DNA of 64,000 nucleotides from Candidatus Latescibacterota bacterium (GCA_965219995.1 CBDCOX010000002.1:4576001-4640000), one strand, 5' to 3'. Counted from the stretch's first letter, positions 47,488 through 57,589 are shown. Notes: generated from the letters alone by a model not told the origin. Program-made: numbers and translations.

Positions 47488-50400
47488 ATGAAAGCAGCGA
47501 TCCGTTGTCTTATCGCAATGCTGATGGTCGTTTGCGTCGAGACAGATCCTGCGTTGGAAGGCCGTATCCCATTGGGGTCCGGCGCTTCCGCGACGGAAGT
47601 GAATGATGACCTCGACGCCCTTCTCGATGGTGTGGCTGAGGTCGCCATGCCGCCGGGTGGGCCCGGCGCCATGTGCGTGTACGGTCCCGAGGCCTTTCCG
47701 GTGATCGTCGGCGCCGCAAGTTCGTCCGTGAACGGAGCGCGCGCACCGGTTGTCGCTGCCGGCTACTGGGAGGGTGGCCGGATGGTCGCTGTCGGTTCTT
47801 TGGGCCTCTTGTTTTTGCAATCCACACTTGAGACGGCCCATAACGGCCGCCTGATGGAGAACGCGCTGCATTGGGCCGCCGGGAAGACACGTCCGGATCG
47901 TCCACGCATCGGCGTGGTAGGAAACCGTGATCTGCGGCTGTGGCTGAAGCAGGCCGGGTACGATGTCGTCGAGACAGCACTCACCATCGCGTCTCTTCGG
48001 ACGGTCGACGTCGTGGCCATGACCATGTGGGACGAGACCGAGCAGGAGGTCTCAGCGCTCCTGGCGTTCGTACGCGCCGGCGGCGGTCTTGTGGCGCAGT
48101 CCTCTGGATGGTTTTGGGCTGATCGGCACCCGGACCTGGATCTGGCCGGCGACTTTGCCGGCAACCGGCTGCTAGCGCGCGTCGGAATTCAATGGACCGG
48201 GTTAACCGCCAATCCCACGTCGACGTTGGGCTTCACCGTCGATGGACCTCCCGATGAACTGACACACGCCGCCCGGGCGCTCGACGCGGTCGAGGCGAAC
48301 GGGTTGACCCAACCGGAATTGGCACAAGCCACGTACACATTGACAAGCACCTTGTACTCCTTACCTCCTGACGATACGCTGTTTGCGCCGCGCCTTCACG
48401 TGTTGATCGAGCCCGATGAGTACCGGTGGCCCTCGGCCGAACGCCCGGTGGAGGAGGCCGATTTACTTGACCGCCTGGCTGCCACGCTCTTCGTAACTGA
48501 GAATCTCCGTACGCCGGCCGAGTCCGTGCGCGCGCATCCCGCGGCCGCGGATTTCCCCGGATCCGTCCCGGCGGATGCTCCGCGCCTCAGTCGCACCGTC
48601 ACCATTGACGCGACCAAACCCGCCGGGCACACCACGAGCCCCTGGTCGGAGCCGCACAAGCACCGCTGGCACTCCACCGGCCTCTACGCCGCGCCCGGCG
48701 AGTTGATTACGGTGACCGTACCGTCCGCGGTCGCCGCGGCCGGCCTCCATGTGCGTGTGGGCGCCCACAGCGACGCCAACTGGAACCGTACCGAGTGGAC
48801 GCGCATGCCCGAAATCGGTCGCCGCTTCCCTATCTCCTCGACCACGACCCTCGCGGCCAATGCATTCGGCGGCCTCATCTACGTCGAGGTCCCGGTCAAC
48901 GCCGACCTCGGGAGAATCACCGTCATGATCGAGGGCGCCGTGGCGGCGCCTATCTTCGTGCTGGGCGAGACGGATCCCGCCGAATGGCGCAGCGAGATCC
49001 GCCATGCGCCCGCGCCGTGGGGCGAAATCGCAGGGCGGAATATGATCGTCACCATCCCTGCTTCCGAGGTGCGCGACCTCGACGACCCAGCCGCCGTGGC
49101 GGAGACCTGGGACCGCATTCTCGACCTGAACGCTGAGTTGGCTGCATGGCCCTCGCCGGCGCGCGTGAGACCGGAGCGATTCGTCATTGACCGGCAGACC
49201 TCGCATGGCTACATGCATTCCGGCTATCCCATCGTGGCTCAACTGGACCAGCCGGTCAACCTGGTCAGCGTGGAGCACCTGCGCTCGGAGGGCCAATGGG
49301 GCCCCTTTCACGAGGTGGGCCACAACCACCAGAGCCGCGACTGGACGTTCGACGGCACGGTTGAGGTGGCGGTCAACCTGTTCACGCTGTACGTCTATGA
49401 GTACCTGTGCGGGATTCCGGTGGCCAGGAGCTATCGCGAATGGGCCGACCCCCGCTCACAGGCGATGATCGCGAATTACGACTTCGATAACCCGGACTTC
49501 GAGCTGTGGAAGCGCGAGCCGACTCTGGCCCTGTACATGTACGTGCAGCTGCAGCAGGCGTTCGGCTGGGAAGCCTACCGTCAGGTTTTCGCCACGTACC
49601 GAGCCCTGTCCGACGCCGAGCGCCCGAAGAACGACGACGAGAAGCGCGACCAGTGGCTGGTGCGCTTTTCGCGCCAGGTGCGTCGCAACCTCGGCCCGTT
49701 CTTCGAGGCGTGGGGCGTGCCGACGTCGGCGGCCGCGCGGGCGTCGATCGGCGAACTGCCGGTATGGCTGCCGTCGGAGTTTTCCACGCTGACGATCGTC
49801 TCCGGGAACGGCCAGCATGGCGCGCCGGGGGACGCGCTGGCCAGGCCCCTGGTGGTGGAAGTGATAGATCCGTATGGAAAGGTGCTGCCTGGCGCTTCCG
49901 TGACCTTCAAGGTCACCGCCGGCGACGGGAAGCTCAGCGGCCGGTTCTCGACGGAACACGTCACGAGCGATGCCCTCGGCCGGGCGGAGCTACCCTTTAC
50001 GCTCGGTCCCGATCCGGGTCCGAACACTGTGGTCGTGTCCATCGGCGAGCGTGAATTGGCGACGTTTACGGCACAAGGCGTTGGTCCCATGGTGGGTGGA
50101 CTGAAGGGAGACTACCGGACCTGGCATCTGCCCGACGGGGCGACCCTGCGACTCGGCAAGGGAGCAATGGGTCAAGGTGACCGGGCAGTGGCGCTTTCCG
50201 CGGACGGCCGATTTCTGGCCGTCGCCAGCGACATCGGCGTGTGGCTGTACGAAGCGGCCACTTCTGGCATCCTGGCGCTGCTGCCGACGGAGCGTCCCGT
50301 CATTTCCGTTACGTTCTCGATCGACGGACTCCTGGCGGCGGGGATGGAGAATTCAGGGATCATCCAGCTCTGGGGGGTGGAAACGGGCGCGTCAAGAGGA

Positions 50401-52122
50401 ACCCTCATGCACCCCTCTTACGTCACTGCGGTTGTGTTTTCGCCAGATGGAGAACGATTGGCTTCCGGGTCATGGGACCAGGTCATCAAGCTCTGGGACG
50501 TCGAGTCGATGCGCGAGGTTGGATCCTGGGAAGTGGAGGGGCAGGGGAACTCAGTTTCGTTTATTTCGTTGGATTTTTCGCCGGACGGGTCGAGGTTGGC
50601 GGCTGGTCTTCGGGACGGCACGGTCAGGCTGTGGGACGTGGCGACCCGGACGGAGGTGGCCATGATGGACGGGCACGCGGATCGCGTCAGTTCGGTGTCG
50701 TTCTCGCCCGGCGGCGCCTTGCTTGCTTCTGCCGGGGGGTGGAGTGATCGTTCGGTCCGGCTATGGGACGTGGCCACACAGACAGAGGTCGCCGTATTGA
50801 AAGGGCATACCCGTGACGTGCGATCGGTGGCGTTTTCTTTGCCCGATGGGGCTACCCTTGCATCAGCCGGGGGATGGGACGCAACCGTGCGACTGTGGGA
50901 CGTGGCGACCGGTACGGAGGTAGCGACTCTGGACGAGCACAAGGGTGCGGTTGTTTCGGTGACGTTCTCGCGAGGAGGGGGCACGCTCGCCTCGGGGTCC
51001 GCTGACGGCACGGTCTTGCTGCGGGACGTGGCCTCGGGCAACGTCGCCAGACTTTCCGGTCATACATCCATGTCCTCAATGGCGTTGTCGCCGGATGGCG
51101 CAACGCTGGCATTGGGACATAAGGACGGCGCGGTCGGGCTGTGGAACGCGGAAACGAAAACACGGATTGTTACATTGAAGGGTCATTCGCATGACGTCCT
51201 CGCCCTGTCGTTTAGCGCGGACGGGAAGACCCTGGCGTCCGCATCGGGGGACCGTACAATCAAGATATGGGACGCGAGAACAGGCGCAATGATTACCGCT
51301 CTGGAAGGCCATACAGAGGGCGTGACTTCTGCGGCGTTTTCTACGGACGGGAAGGTCCTGGCTTCCGGGACGACAAATGGAGACGTGTGGCTGTGGGACG
51401 CGGCGACGTGGAGGCGAAGCTCGCGGCTTGAAGGGCATAGGGACCGGGTCGCTTCCCTGTCGTTTTCTCCGGACGGCCAACTCCTGGCGTCCGGGTCGTG
51501 GGACCGCACCTTCAAAATATGGAACGTAAACACACGGGTACCGGTCCTGACCCGGCACGGTCACACAGGTTCAGTCCATGCGGTGACGTTCTCGCCGGAT
51601 GGAAAGACCCTGGCTTCCGGGGCGGGAGACGGAGATGGTACAGTGCGCCTTTGGGACCTGCGGACCGGAACCAATTCCGCCACCTTCAAGAACCCCTATG
51701 GCGTTTATTCGTTGGCGTTCTTTCCGGACGGCGAATTGCTCGCTTCGGGTATCTGGTTTTCCGTTACGGTGTGGAACGTGGAAACACAGGAACAGATTGG
51801 CGTACTCGAAGGGCCCAATCGCCAAATTCACTCCCTGGCGATTTCGCGCGACGGCAGCACTCTGGCCACAGGCGCATCGGATGGTACGATTCTCTTATGG
51901 GACGTAACGCAGTATCTCCCGCCCAAAAACCCCGATCCGGACTTCGACGGCGACGGGACCGTCGGTTTTTCCGACTTCGTGCAGTTTGCGGCAAAGTTCG
52001 GGCTGAGTCAGGGCGATGAGGGGTACGATGGGCGGTACGATCTGGACGGGAACGGCGCGATCGGTTTCAGCGATTTTGTGGCTTTTGCCGGCGCGTTCGG
52101 TCAGAGAGCGACCGGATCGTGA
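47488..52122 (+). CDS. Secreted M60-like metallopeptidase fused to an Ig-like domain, WD40 repeats and a dockerin-like EF-hand tail
   Basis: 'STGLYAAPGE', 'APWGEI', 'GYMHSGYPI' and 'HEVGHNHQ..WTF.GTVEVAVN'; about 13-15 'GH...V.SVAFSPDG..LASGS.D.TV.LWD' repeats; 'DFDGDGTVGFSDF...DLDGNGAIGFSDF'. Confidence 0.88.
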   Translation: MKAAIRCLIAMLMVVCVETDPALEGRIPLGSGASATEVNDDLDALLDGVAEVAMPPGGPGAMCVYGPEAFPVIVGAASSSVNGARAPVVAAGYWEGGRMVAVGSLGLLFLQSTLETAHNGRLMENALHWAAGKTRPDRPRIGVVGNRDLRLWLKQAGYDVVETALTIASLRTVDVVAMTMWDETEQEVSALLAFVRAGGGLVAQSSGWFWADRHPDLDLAGDFAGNRLLARVGIQWTGLTANPTSTLGFTVDGPPDELTHAARALDAVEANGLTQPELAQATYTLTSTLYSLPPDDTLFAPRLHVLIEPDEYRWPSAERPVEEADLLDRLAATLFVTENLRTPAESVRAHPAAADFPGSVPADAPRLSRTVTIDATKPAGHTTSPWSEPHKHRWHSTGLYAAPGELITVTVPSAVAAAGLHVRVGAHSDANWNRTEWTRMPEIGRRFPISSTTTLAANAFGGLIYVEVPVNADLGRITVMIEGAVAAPIFVLGETDPAEWRSEIRHAPAPWGEIAGRNMIVTIPASEVRDLDDPAAVAETWDRILDLNAELAAWPSPARVRPERFVIDRQTSHGYMHSGYPIVAQLDQPVNLVSVEHLRSEGQWGPFHEVGHNHQSRDWTFDGTVEVAVNLFTLYVYEYLCGIPVARSYREWADPRSQAMIANYDFDNPDFELWKREPTLALYMYVQLQQAFGWEAYRQVFATYRALSDAERPKNDDEKRDQWLVRFSRQVRRNLGPFFEAWGVPTSAAARASIGELPVWLPSEFSTLTIVSGNGQHGAPGDALARPLVVEVIDPYGKVLPGASVTFKVTAGDGKLSGRFSTEHVTSDALGRAELPFTLGPDPGPNTVVVSIGERELATFTAQGVGPMVGGLKGDYRTWHLPDGATLRLGKGAMGQGDRAVALSADGRFLAVASDIGVWLYEAATSGILALLPTERPVISVTFSIDGLLAAGMENSGIIQLWGVETGASRGTLMHPSYVTAVVFSPDGERLASGSWDQVIKLWDVESMREVGSWEVEGQGNSVSFISLDFSPDGSRLAAGLRDGTVRLWDVATRTEVAMMDGHADRVSSVSFSPGGALLASAGGWSDRSVRLWDVATQTEVAVLKGHTRDVRSVAFSLPDGATLASAGGWDATVRLWDVATGTEVATLDEHKGAVVSVTFSRGGGTLASGSADGTVLLRDVASGNVARLSGHTSMSSMALSPDGATLALGHKDGAVGLWNAETKTRIVTLKGHSHDVLALSFSADGKTLASASGDRTIKIWDARTGAMITALEGHTEGVTSAAFSTDGKVLASGTTNGDVWLWDAATWRRSSRLEGHRDRVASLSFSPDGQLLASGSWDRTFKIWNVNTRVPVLTRHGHTGSVHAVTFSPDGKTLASGAGDGDGTVRLWDLRTGTNSATFKNPYGVYSLAFFPDGELLASGIWFSVTVWNVETQEQIGVLEGPNRQIHSLAISRDGSTLATGASDGTILLWDVTQYLPPKNPDPDFDGDGTVGFSDFVQFAAKFGLSQGDEGYDGRYDLDGNGAIGFSDFVAFAGAFGQRATGS

Positions 52123-52563
52123 GTTGATGTCCTGAACCCCCCGCCCTTGCGGGAACGGCGCTCGCCGAATTCCTGTTTCCCTCCTGACGCTTCTCATCGG
52201 CAGCGTCATCCCCTCCTCTTGCGCCAGCCCTCGCGTCCCACGTGACGGTTTGAAACAAGAAGCAGATGCGGCAGGAATGTCAACCCGTGTTGGCCGGTTC
52301 TCTCCCAGATTGGCCCCGAATGGGGTCATTTTCAGCGAAATATCATCGAAGACGAGTGAAAATTCATAGATATATCATAAGTTTTGCTTAACTCAAAAAC
52401 ACTTTTCCATTATATTTATAACTAAGGCAGGCGATCGCCCGATCCACTCGCGGCATCGTCCAGCGACTCTGCAAGCCAGGGCGAAGCCGGGCTTCGCCTG
52501 AGAAATTCGGTTTGTCATTGTTCAGAGACGGTAATACACGATGGCATCTTCGGGAGTCGACCC
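52123..52563 (+). promoter_or_regulatory. Duplicated promoter/leader module, copy 3
   Basis: Begins directly after the upstream stop codon. TCA at 52332/52343/52364/52375; TTAACT(52388)-N17-TATATT(52411). Confidence 0.85.
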
Positions 52564-52611
52564 ACATAAGGCTTTCCGGCCCCGCCGGCAACAAACGAAA
52601 GGCGACAGGGA

Positions 52612-55392
52612 ATGAGAACAAGACCCGTCCGATTGCACGTACGTGTCGTTTTGGCCGCCATTGTGATCTGGCTGAACAGCCTCTATAACCCCCAAAAGAG
52701 TCTCGCCGGCCACGAGGCTACCATGACCGGGATGAGCGTGGTCTCCGAACCCGCACCGGCGCCGTTTGTGGAGCGCAACCCCGATGACCCCGACGGCGAC
52801 ATCTACCACGTAGGGCAAACCATCAGGATCTCGGCCACTTTCAGCCAGAGATTGAGGGTGAGCGGCCAGGTCACCATGGACGTCACCATCGGGGACTCTG
52901 TGAGGACCGCGACGTACCATCGCGGTTCCGGAACAAACATTCTGGTGTTCAAGTACGAGGTGATCCCGACCGACGCGGACACCGACGGGATCAGCGTGCC
53001 CGCCGCCGATTGGGGCGGCAGCGGCTCGGTCCGGACCACGCACTCCAACTTGGATGCTGAATTCACGCCCCTGGGGCTCGGCACTCAGTCGGATCACAAG
53101 GTGGACGGGAGTCTGGGGCCCTGGGTCACAGGTGTGGTAATAGCCTCCACGCCTGCCTCCGGCAGCACCTACCGGTACGGGGAGAACGTCTGGGTCGACG
53201 TGAAGTTCAGCGGTCCGGTCCGGGTCGAGAGCGACAATCGACCATACCTTGCTTACAACTACCAGGATGCGGACGGGGAAACGAGGCAGAAGAGAGCCGG
53301 GTACAAAAGTGGAAGCGGAACCAATACGCTGCGATTGTCATTTCCGGTGGAATCCAACTTCAAAGACGACGACGGGCCCAGCATCCTGTCCGCCTACGTT
53401 GATGCCGCGGGCTCATCGGAACGCAGGGTCTGGGCACTGGACCACGACGTGAGGGCGCCCTGGCGAATGAAAGGGATCGAAGCGGGGACCGACCACAAGA
53501 TGAACGGGGAGCCGTACGTAAAGAGCGTTGCCATCACCTCCACTCCGGAACAGGGGAAGACCTATCGGCGCGCCGAGGTCATCCGGATCACGGCCACCTT
53601 CGACCAGAAGGTCACGGTGGAGGGGACCCTGAATAAAGGCTTGAGGTTCACCTATGGAGACAATGAGTACACCAACCGGCGCGCCGGATACGCCTCGGGC
53701 TCCGGCACCCGGGCCCTGGTCTTCGAATACACTGTCAGGAGGCAGGACAAAGACCCTGACGGTCTGAGCATCCTCCACAGCAACAACAACGGCTGGGGCG
53801 GCGGTGGGAAGATCTGGTCGGCCCTCGCAACGGGACAGGCCTCGGGCACGCAGGTGCAGGCCGACCGCAGCCACGGCGAGACAGTAGACGCGACAAACCA
53901 CAAGGTGAACGGGGAACTGGACCCCATACGCCCCGCCATCTCGTCGATCGAGATCGTAACCGATCCCGACACCCTCGGCACGTACACCGCCGGCGAGTGG
54001 ATCGGCGTCAGGGCGACCTTCCACAAGAACGTGGTCGTCACCGGCACGCCGCAGCTCGAGCTGAGCATGGGGGCAGAGACGAAGAACGCCCTGTTCGGGC
54101 AGGGCTCGTTCGAGGGGAGTGTCCGCCCCGGGAACAGGAACCCGGGCCCGAATGTGTTCTTCGGCTACCGGGTACAGGAGGGTGATATCGATACGTCCGG
54201 CATCGCCATCGGAAAGAACAAGCTCAGCCTCAACGGCGGCGCCATCAACAACGCGGCCGATTCCAGCAATACCGCGGACCTTGACCACGATGCCCTGGCC
54301 GCCGATGCCGGCCAGAAGGTTGATGCGGTCGCCCCGGCCGTCTCGTCCATCGCCATCAGTTCGGATGCGGGGGAGGATGCCTACTACGCCGTCGGCGACA
54401 GCATCGAGGTGACGGTGACCTTCACGGAGGAGATCACGGTCACCGGGGCGCCTCGATTGGGGCTGGCCGTCGGCAGCAACGCCAGGTCGGCCGTCTACCG
54501 CGCCGCCGAAGGCCCGGCGTCGGTTCTCACCTACGTCGTGCAGGAGGGGGACAGCGACGGGAACGGAATCTCCATCGAGGCGGACACGCTCAGCCTCAAC
54601 GGCGGCGCCATCGGGGACCTGATCGGCAACGCGGCCAGCCTGGACCACGACGCAGTAGCCGCCGACGCGGACCACAAGGTCGACGGGGTGTACCCGACCC
54701 TGACGGACGCAGTCAGCTTCACCCAGGGCACGTATATCAATCTGAACTTCAGTGAGAGAATCACCGTTCCGTCGATTCTGCGCACGATCAGCAGCTTCGT
54801 GAATGTCGAGCTCGACCGGTTCTACATCGCCGTCCTCTCGGTCAAGATGGGGGACGAACTCGTGAAGCCACGTTCCGCTACCCTCACGGGCTCCCGACTG
54901 CGTCTGAACCTCGCGGCGCCGCTGATCGCGGGCCAGCGGACGTGGGTATCCTACGACAACATCTTTGCCCGCGATGCGGCGGGGCTCTTCATCGACCGGG
55001 CCGGCAACCCCCTGGCCAACTTCAGCAACACCTGGGTAATAAATCAGTCGGATGTTGCAGACGGGGAATCGGACGTGGGAGAATTGGAGTTGAGCCTGAC
55101 CGAGCTCACGGTCACCGAAGGGGAATCCGCATCCTACACGGTGGCCCTGGAATCCCGGCCTTCCGCAGACGTGACCGTTGCGACGTCGAGCTCGTCCACG
55201 AAGCTTTCGGTCAGCCCGGCAAGCCTCACCTTCACCGCGCAAAATTGGGACACGGCGCAGACGGTGACGCTTACCGCCGGCCACGATGACGACGAGCTCA
55301 ACTACTGGGTGAGCGTGACCAGCACGGGCAGCGGAGGAGGCTACGAAGGCTCGGAGAAGTGGGTGCTTGTGGTCATCGAGGACGACGACTGA
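52612..55392 (+). CDS. Secreted repeat-rich surface protein (five Ig-like repeats, a SwmB-like domain and one Calx-beta-like unit)
   Basis: N-terminal signal-like stretch; repeats 'Y..G..I...ATF...V.V.G...GSGT..L.F.Y....D.D.DG...HKVDG'; the last domain is the same unit as in the giant adhesin. Confidence 0.75.
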   Translation: MRTRPVRLHVRVVLAAIVIWLNSLYNPQKSLAGHEATMTGMSVVSEPAPAPFVERNPDDPDGDIYHVGQTIRISATFSQRLRVSGQVTMDVTIGDSVRTATYHRGSGTNILVFKYEVIPTDADTDGISVPAADWGGSGSVRTTHSNLDAEFTPLGLGTQSDHKVDGSLGPWVTGVVIASTPASGSTYRYGENVWVDVKFSGPVRVESDNRPYLAYNYQDADGETRQKRAGYKSGSGTNTLRLSFPVESNFKDDDGPSILSAYVDAAGSSERRVWALDHDVRAPWRMKGIEAGTDHKMNGEPYVKSVAITSTPEQGKTYRRAEVIRITATFDQKVTVEGTLNKGLRFTYGDNEYTNRRAGYASGSGTRALVFEYTVRRQDKDPDGLSILHSNNNGWGGGGKIWSALATGQASGTQVQADRSHGETVDATNHKVNGELDPIRPAISSIEIVTDPDTLGTYTAGEWIGVRATFHKNVVVTGTPQLELSMGAETKNALFGQGSFEGSVRPGNRNPGPNVFFGYRVQEGDIDTSGIAIGKNKLSLNGGAINNAADSSNTADLDHDALAADAGQKVDAVAPAVSSIAISSDAGEDAYYAVGDSIEVTVTFTEEITVTGAPRLGLAVGSNARSAVYRAAEGPASVLTYVVQEGDSDGNGISIEADTLSLNGGAIGDLIGNAASLDHDAVAADADHKVDGVYPTLTDAVSFTQGTYINLNFSERITVPSILRTISSFVNVELDRFYIAVLSVKMGDELVKPRSATLTGSRLRLNLAAPLIAGQRTWVSYDNIFARDAAGLFIDRAGNPLANFSNTWVINQSDVADGESDVGELELSLTELTVTEGESASYTVALESRPSADVTVATSSSSTKLSVSPASLTFTAQNWDTAQTVTLTAGHDDDELNYWVSVTSTGSGGGYEGSEKWVLVVIEDDD

Positions 55393-55459
55393 GAGGATTG
55401 TTCAGAAGCAGTGTACACAGACGTATCACCTGAGCGACTCGATGGATTGAGGCTGTAAG

Positions 55460-56707
55460 ATGAAACGACTGTCTTGTGTTCTTGCCGTGATGTTTTCCCT
55501 TTTCCCGCGAGCCGCCGCCGGCGCGCAGCCGCCGCTGGATACGTGGGAACTGGTGGAAAACAGTCTGACGTTCAACATCGGGGCGATCATCGTCCAGGGT
55601 GAAGGGGAGGATCCCGTTCCCTCGTCACCCTACGTCACCCTGGAGCTGTATCGGGGCAACGCCTACAGGTTGTCCATCGGCGCCCGCGCGGCGGTCGGGT
55701 ACGCGTTTCCGCGTTTCCTGCCGGAACCGCCGGGGCACGCGGCGCCTTCCACACGGGCTACGGGTGGGCATGGATATTATACGGTGCATTCCGATACGCT
55801 GCGTTTCACTACCCATTTCGTGAGTCTGATTGCTGACGGCGTGGACCTGGGAGACGTCGTAAGGCAGTCCGACGATGCGAGGATTCAGAGAGAGTACACG
55901 CTGGCGCTTTCCCTGGTAAATGCGGCCTTCCTGGAACTCTTCAACGACCTGTACGCGTACCGGTCCGGCGACAGGCTGGTCTTCGTGCTGCCCGGCGACA
56001 GCGACTTCGCCGTCGCGGCGGAAGGTTCCGGGGACCGGATCGTGTGGGCGCTTCGGCGGGTGGGAGGTCCCCCGTCCACGTCGCGTACGGCGGTAAGGGC
56101 CACGGTGATCGGGGGTGCGGCGGAAGCGCTGACGCTGGAGTTCGCGCGTTCGATTTCGGGGCGTGCCGTGTACTATGCCTGGCGCACGACCACCGACCGT
56201 GACGGCAGGGCGGACCTCGATATCGTCACGCTGGACCGGGTGGGCGTCACCGGCTACTACAGCGCCCGCGCCCGCAACGGGGAGGGCGAGGTCGTGGGGC
56301 GGTGGAACAGCATTCCCCTGAATGAAAACCGTCGCCAGGTCCTGGAATTGACGCTGCGCGGCAGCGCGCGGGTGGTGTCGAGTCTCGCGATACACGCGGC
56401 AAAGACGGCCGTGCTTCCGGTAGAGCAGGCTGTCGCGGGGCTGGCCCCCAACTTTCCCAACCCATTCAACAGCAGCACGCTGATCGCGTACCGGCTTGCC
56501 GCCCCGGGCGTGGTTCGGCTGGAGATCTTCAATTCGCTGGGGCAGCGCGTGCGGACGCTGGTGGACGACACCCGGGCTGCCGGGCGCTACGTTGTGCAGT
56601 GGAATGCCCGTGATGGACGGGGCGAAGAGGTGGCCGCCGGCGTCTATGTGATGCGCCTGTTGCATCCCGGCGGCGTGGACGCCCGGCGCATGCTGTATCT
56701 GAAATAG
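55460..56707 (+). CDS. Secreted protein with a C-terminal FlgD-Ig/'T9SS-like' domain
   Basis: Signal peptide; 'NFPNPFNSST...FNSLGQRVRTLV...WNARD'; C-terminal ~200 aa paralogous to the 44828 protein. Confidence 0.8.
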   Translation: MKRLSCVLAVMFSLFPRAAAGAQPPLDTWELVENSLTFNIGAIIVQGEGEDPVPSSPYVTLELYRGNAYRLSIGARAAVGYAFPRFLPEPPGHAAPSTRATGGHGYYTVHSDTLRFTTHFVSLIADGVDLGDVVRQSDDARIQREYTLALSLVNAAFLELFNDLYAYRSGDRLVFVLPGDSDFAVAAEGSGDRIVWALRRVGGPPSTSRTAVRATVIGGAAEALTLEFARSISGRAVYYAWRTTTDRDGRADLDIVTLDRVGVTGYYSARARNGEGEVVGRWNSIPLNENRRQVLELTLRGSARVVSSLAIHAAKTAVLPVEQAVAGLAPNFPNPFNSSTLIAYRLAAPGVVRLEIFNSLGQRVRTLVDDTRAAGRYVVQWNARDGRGEEVAAGVYVMRLLHPGGVDARRMLYLK

Positions 56708-56783
56708 CGTGCCTGAACTACATAACTTTGCACACGGAATACGCGCGGTTGCATCACCTGACCCCTACAAGGAGGCATTCTAA

Positions 56784-57542
56784 ATGAAACTTGCATTGTC
56801 ATTGGTTATCGCCTGGTTCATCGGTTCGGCATTCCCGGTTGCGGCGGAACAGGCGCCGTTCGAGGGCCAGGTCGTGAATCCGAAGTCGCTTCCGGTCCAT
56901 GGGGCCCGGATCGAGCTCTACCGGCTCGACGATCCCACTGCGAGGGTAACGACACTGACCGACGAAAGCGGCGCCTTCTCGCTGCCCTTGAGAGACATCG
57001 CACCGCCGCGGGAGAACGAACTCATGCAGAATCATCCCAATCCGTTCAATCCCTCTACGCTCATTCCCTTCGAAATCTCGGAGGGGGGCCACGTTCGTCT
57101 GGACGTCTTCAACATTCTCGGGCAGCGCGTGGTCACCCTGATCGACGAGGAGCGTCCCGCCGGATTTCACAGGGTGCAGTGGGACGGCGCCGATGCCGTC
57201 GGTCGGGGCGTGGCGGCGGGCGTATACATCTACCGGCTCAGCACCGGCAACTGGCACGATGCGCGGAAACTGATGCTGCTCGACGGCGCGTCGCGACGTC
57301 CTGGCGGCGGGGCGGAGCGTCTCCCGCAAGAAGCAGGGGGGAATACGTACGGCGTGAAGATTTCCGGCGAGGAGATTCTGCCGGAGAGCTTTACCTGGCG
57401 TCCGGGATCGGGGCCCCTGTTTGCGGAAGTGAAGAGCCTTGAAGACGTCCTTCCGCCCGAGATCAAGAACGCCGATACCGCGACCAATCCCTTCTCGGGA
57501 ACCAGCCTCGCCTCCATCATCCAGGTCGTTTCCGGGCGTTGA
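56784..57542 (+). CDS. Secreted protein with an internal FlgD-Ig/PNPFN domain, possibly truncated
   Basis: RBS AAGGAGG; signal peptide; 'GQV..P.HGARI...TLTDESGAFSL' followed by 'QNHPNPFNPST...WDGAD'. Confidence 0.7.
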   Translation: MKLALSLVIAWFIGSAFPVAAEQAPFEGQVVNPKSLPVHGARIELYRLDDPTARVTTLTDESGAFSLPLRDIAPPRENELMQNHPNPFNPSTLIPFEISEGGHVRLDVFNILGQRVVTLIDEERPAGFHRVQWDGADAVGRGVAAGVYIYRLSTGNWHDARKLMLLDGASRRPGGGAERLPQEAGGNTYGVKISGEEILPESFTWRPGSGPLFAEVKSLEDVLPPEIKNADTATNPFSGTSLASIIQVVSGR

Positions 57543-57589
57543 TATGTGCTGAATCGGCCATCAAGCAGGCCCGAACCCGGGTCTTAAGC

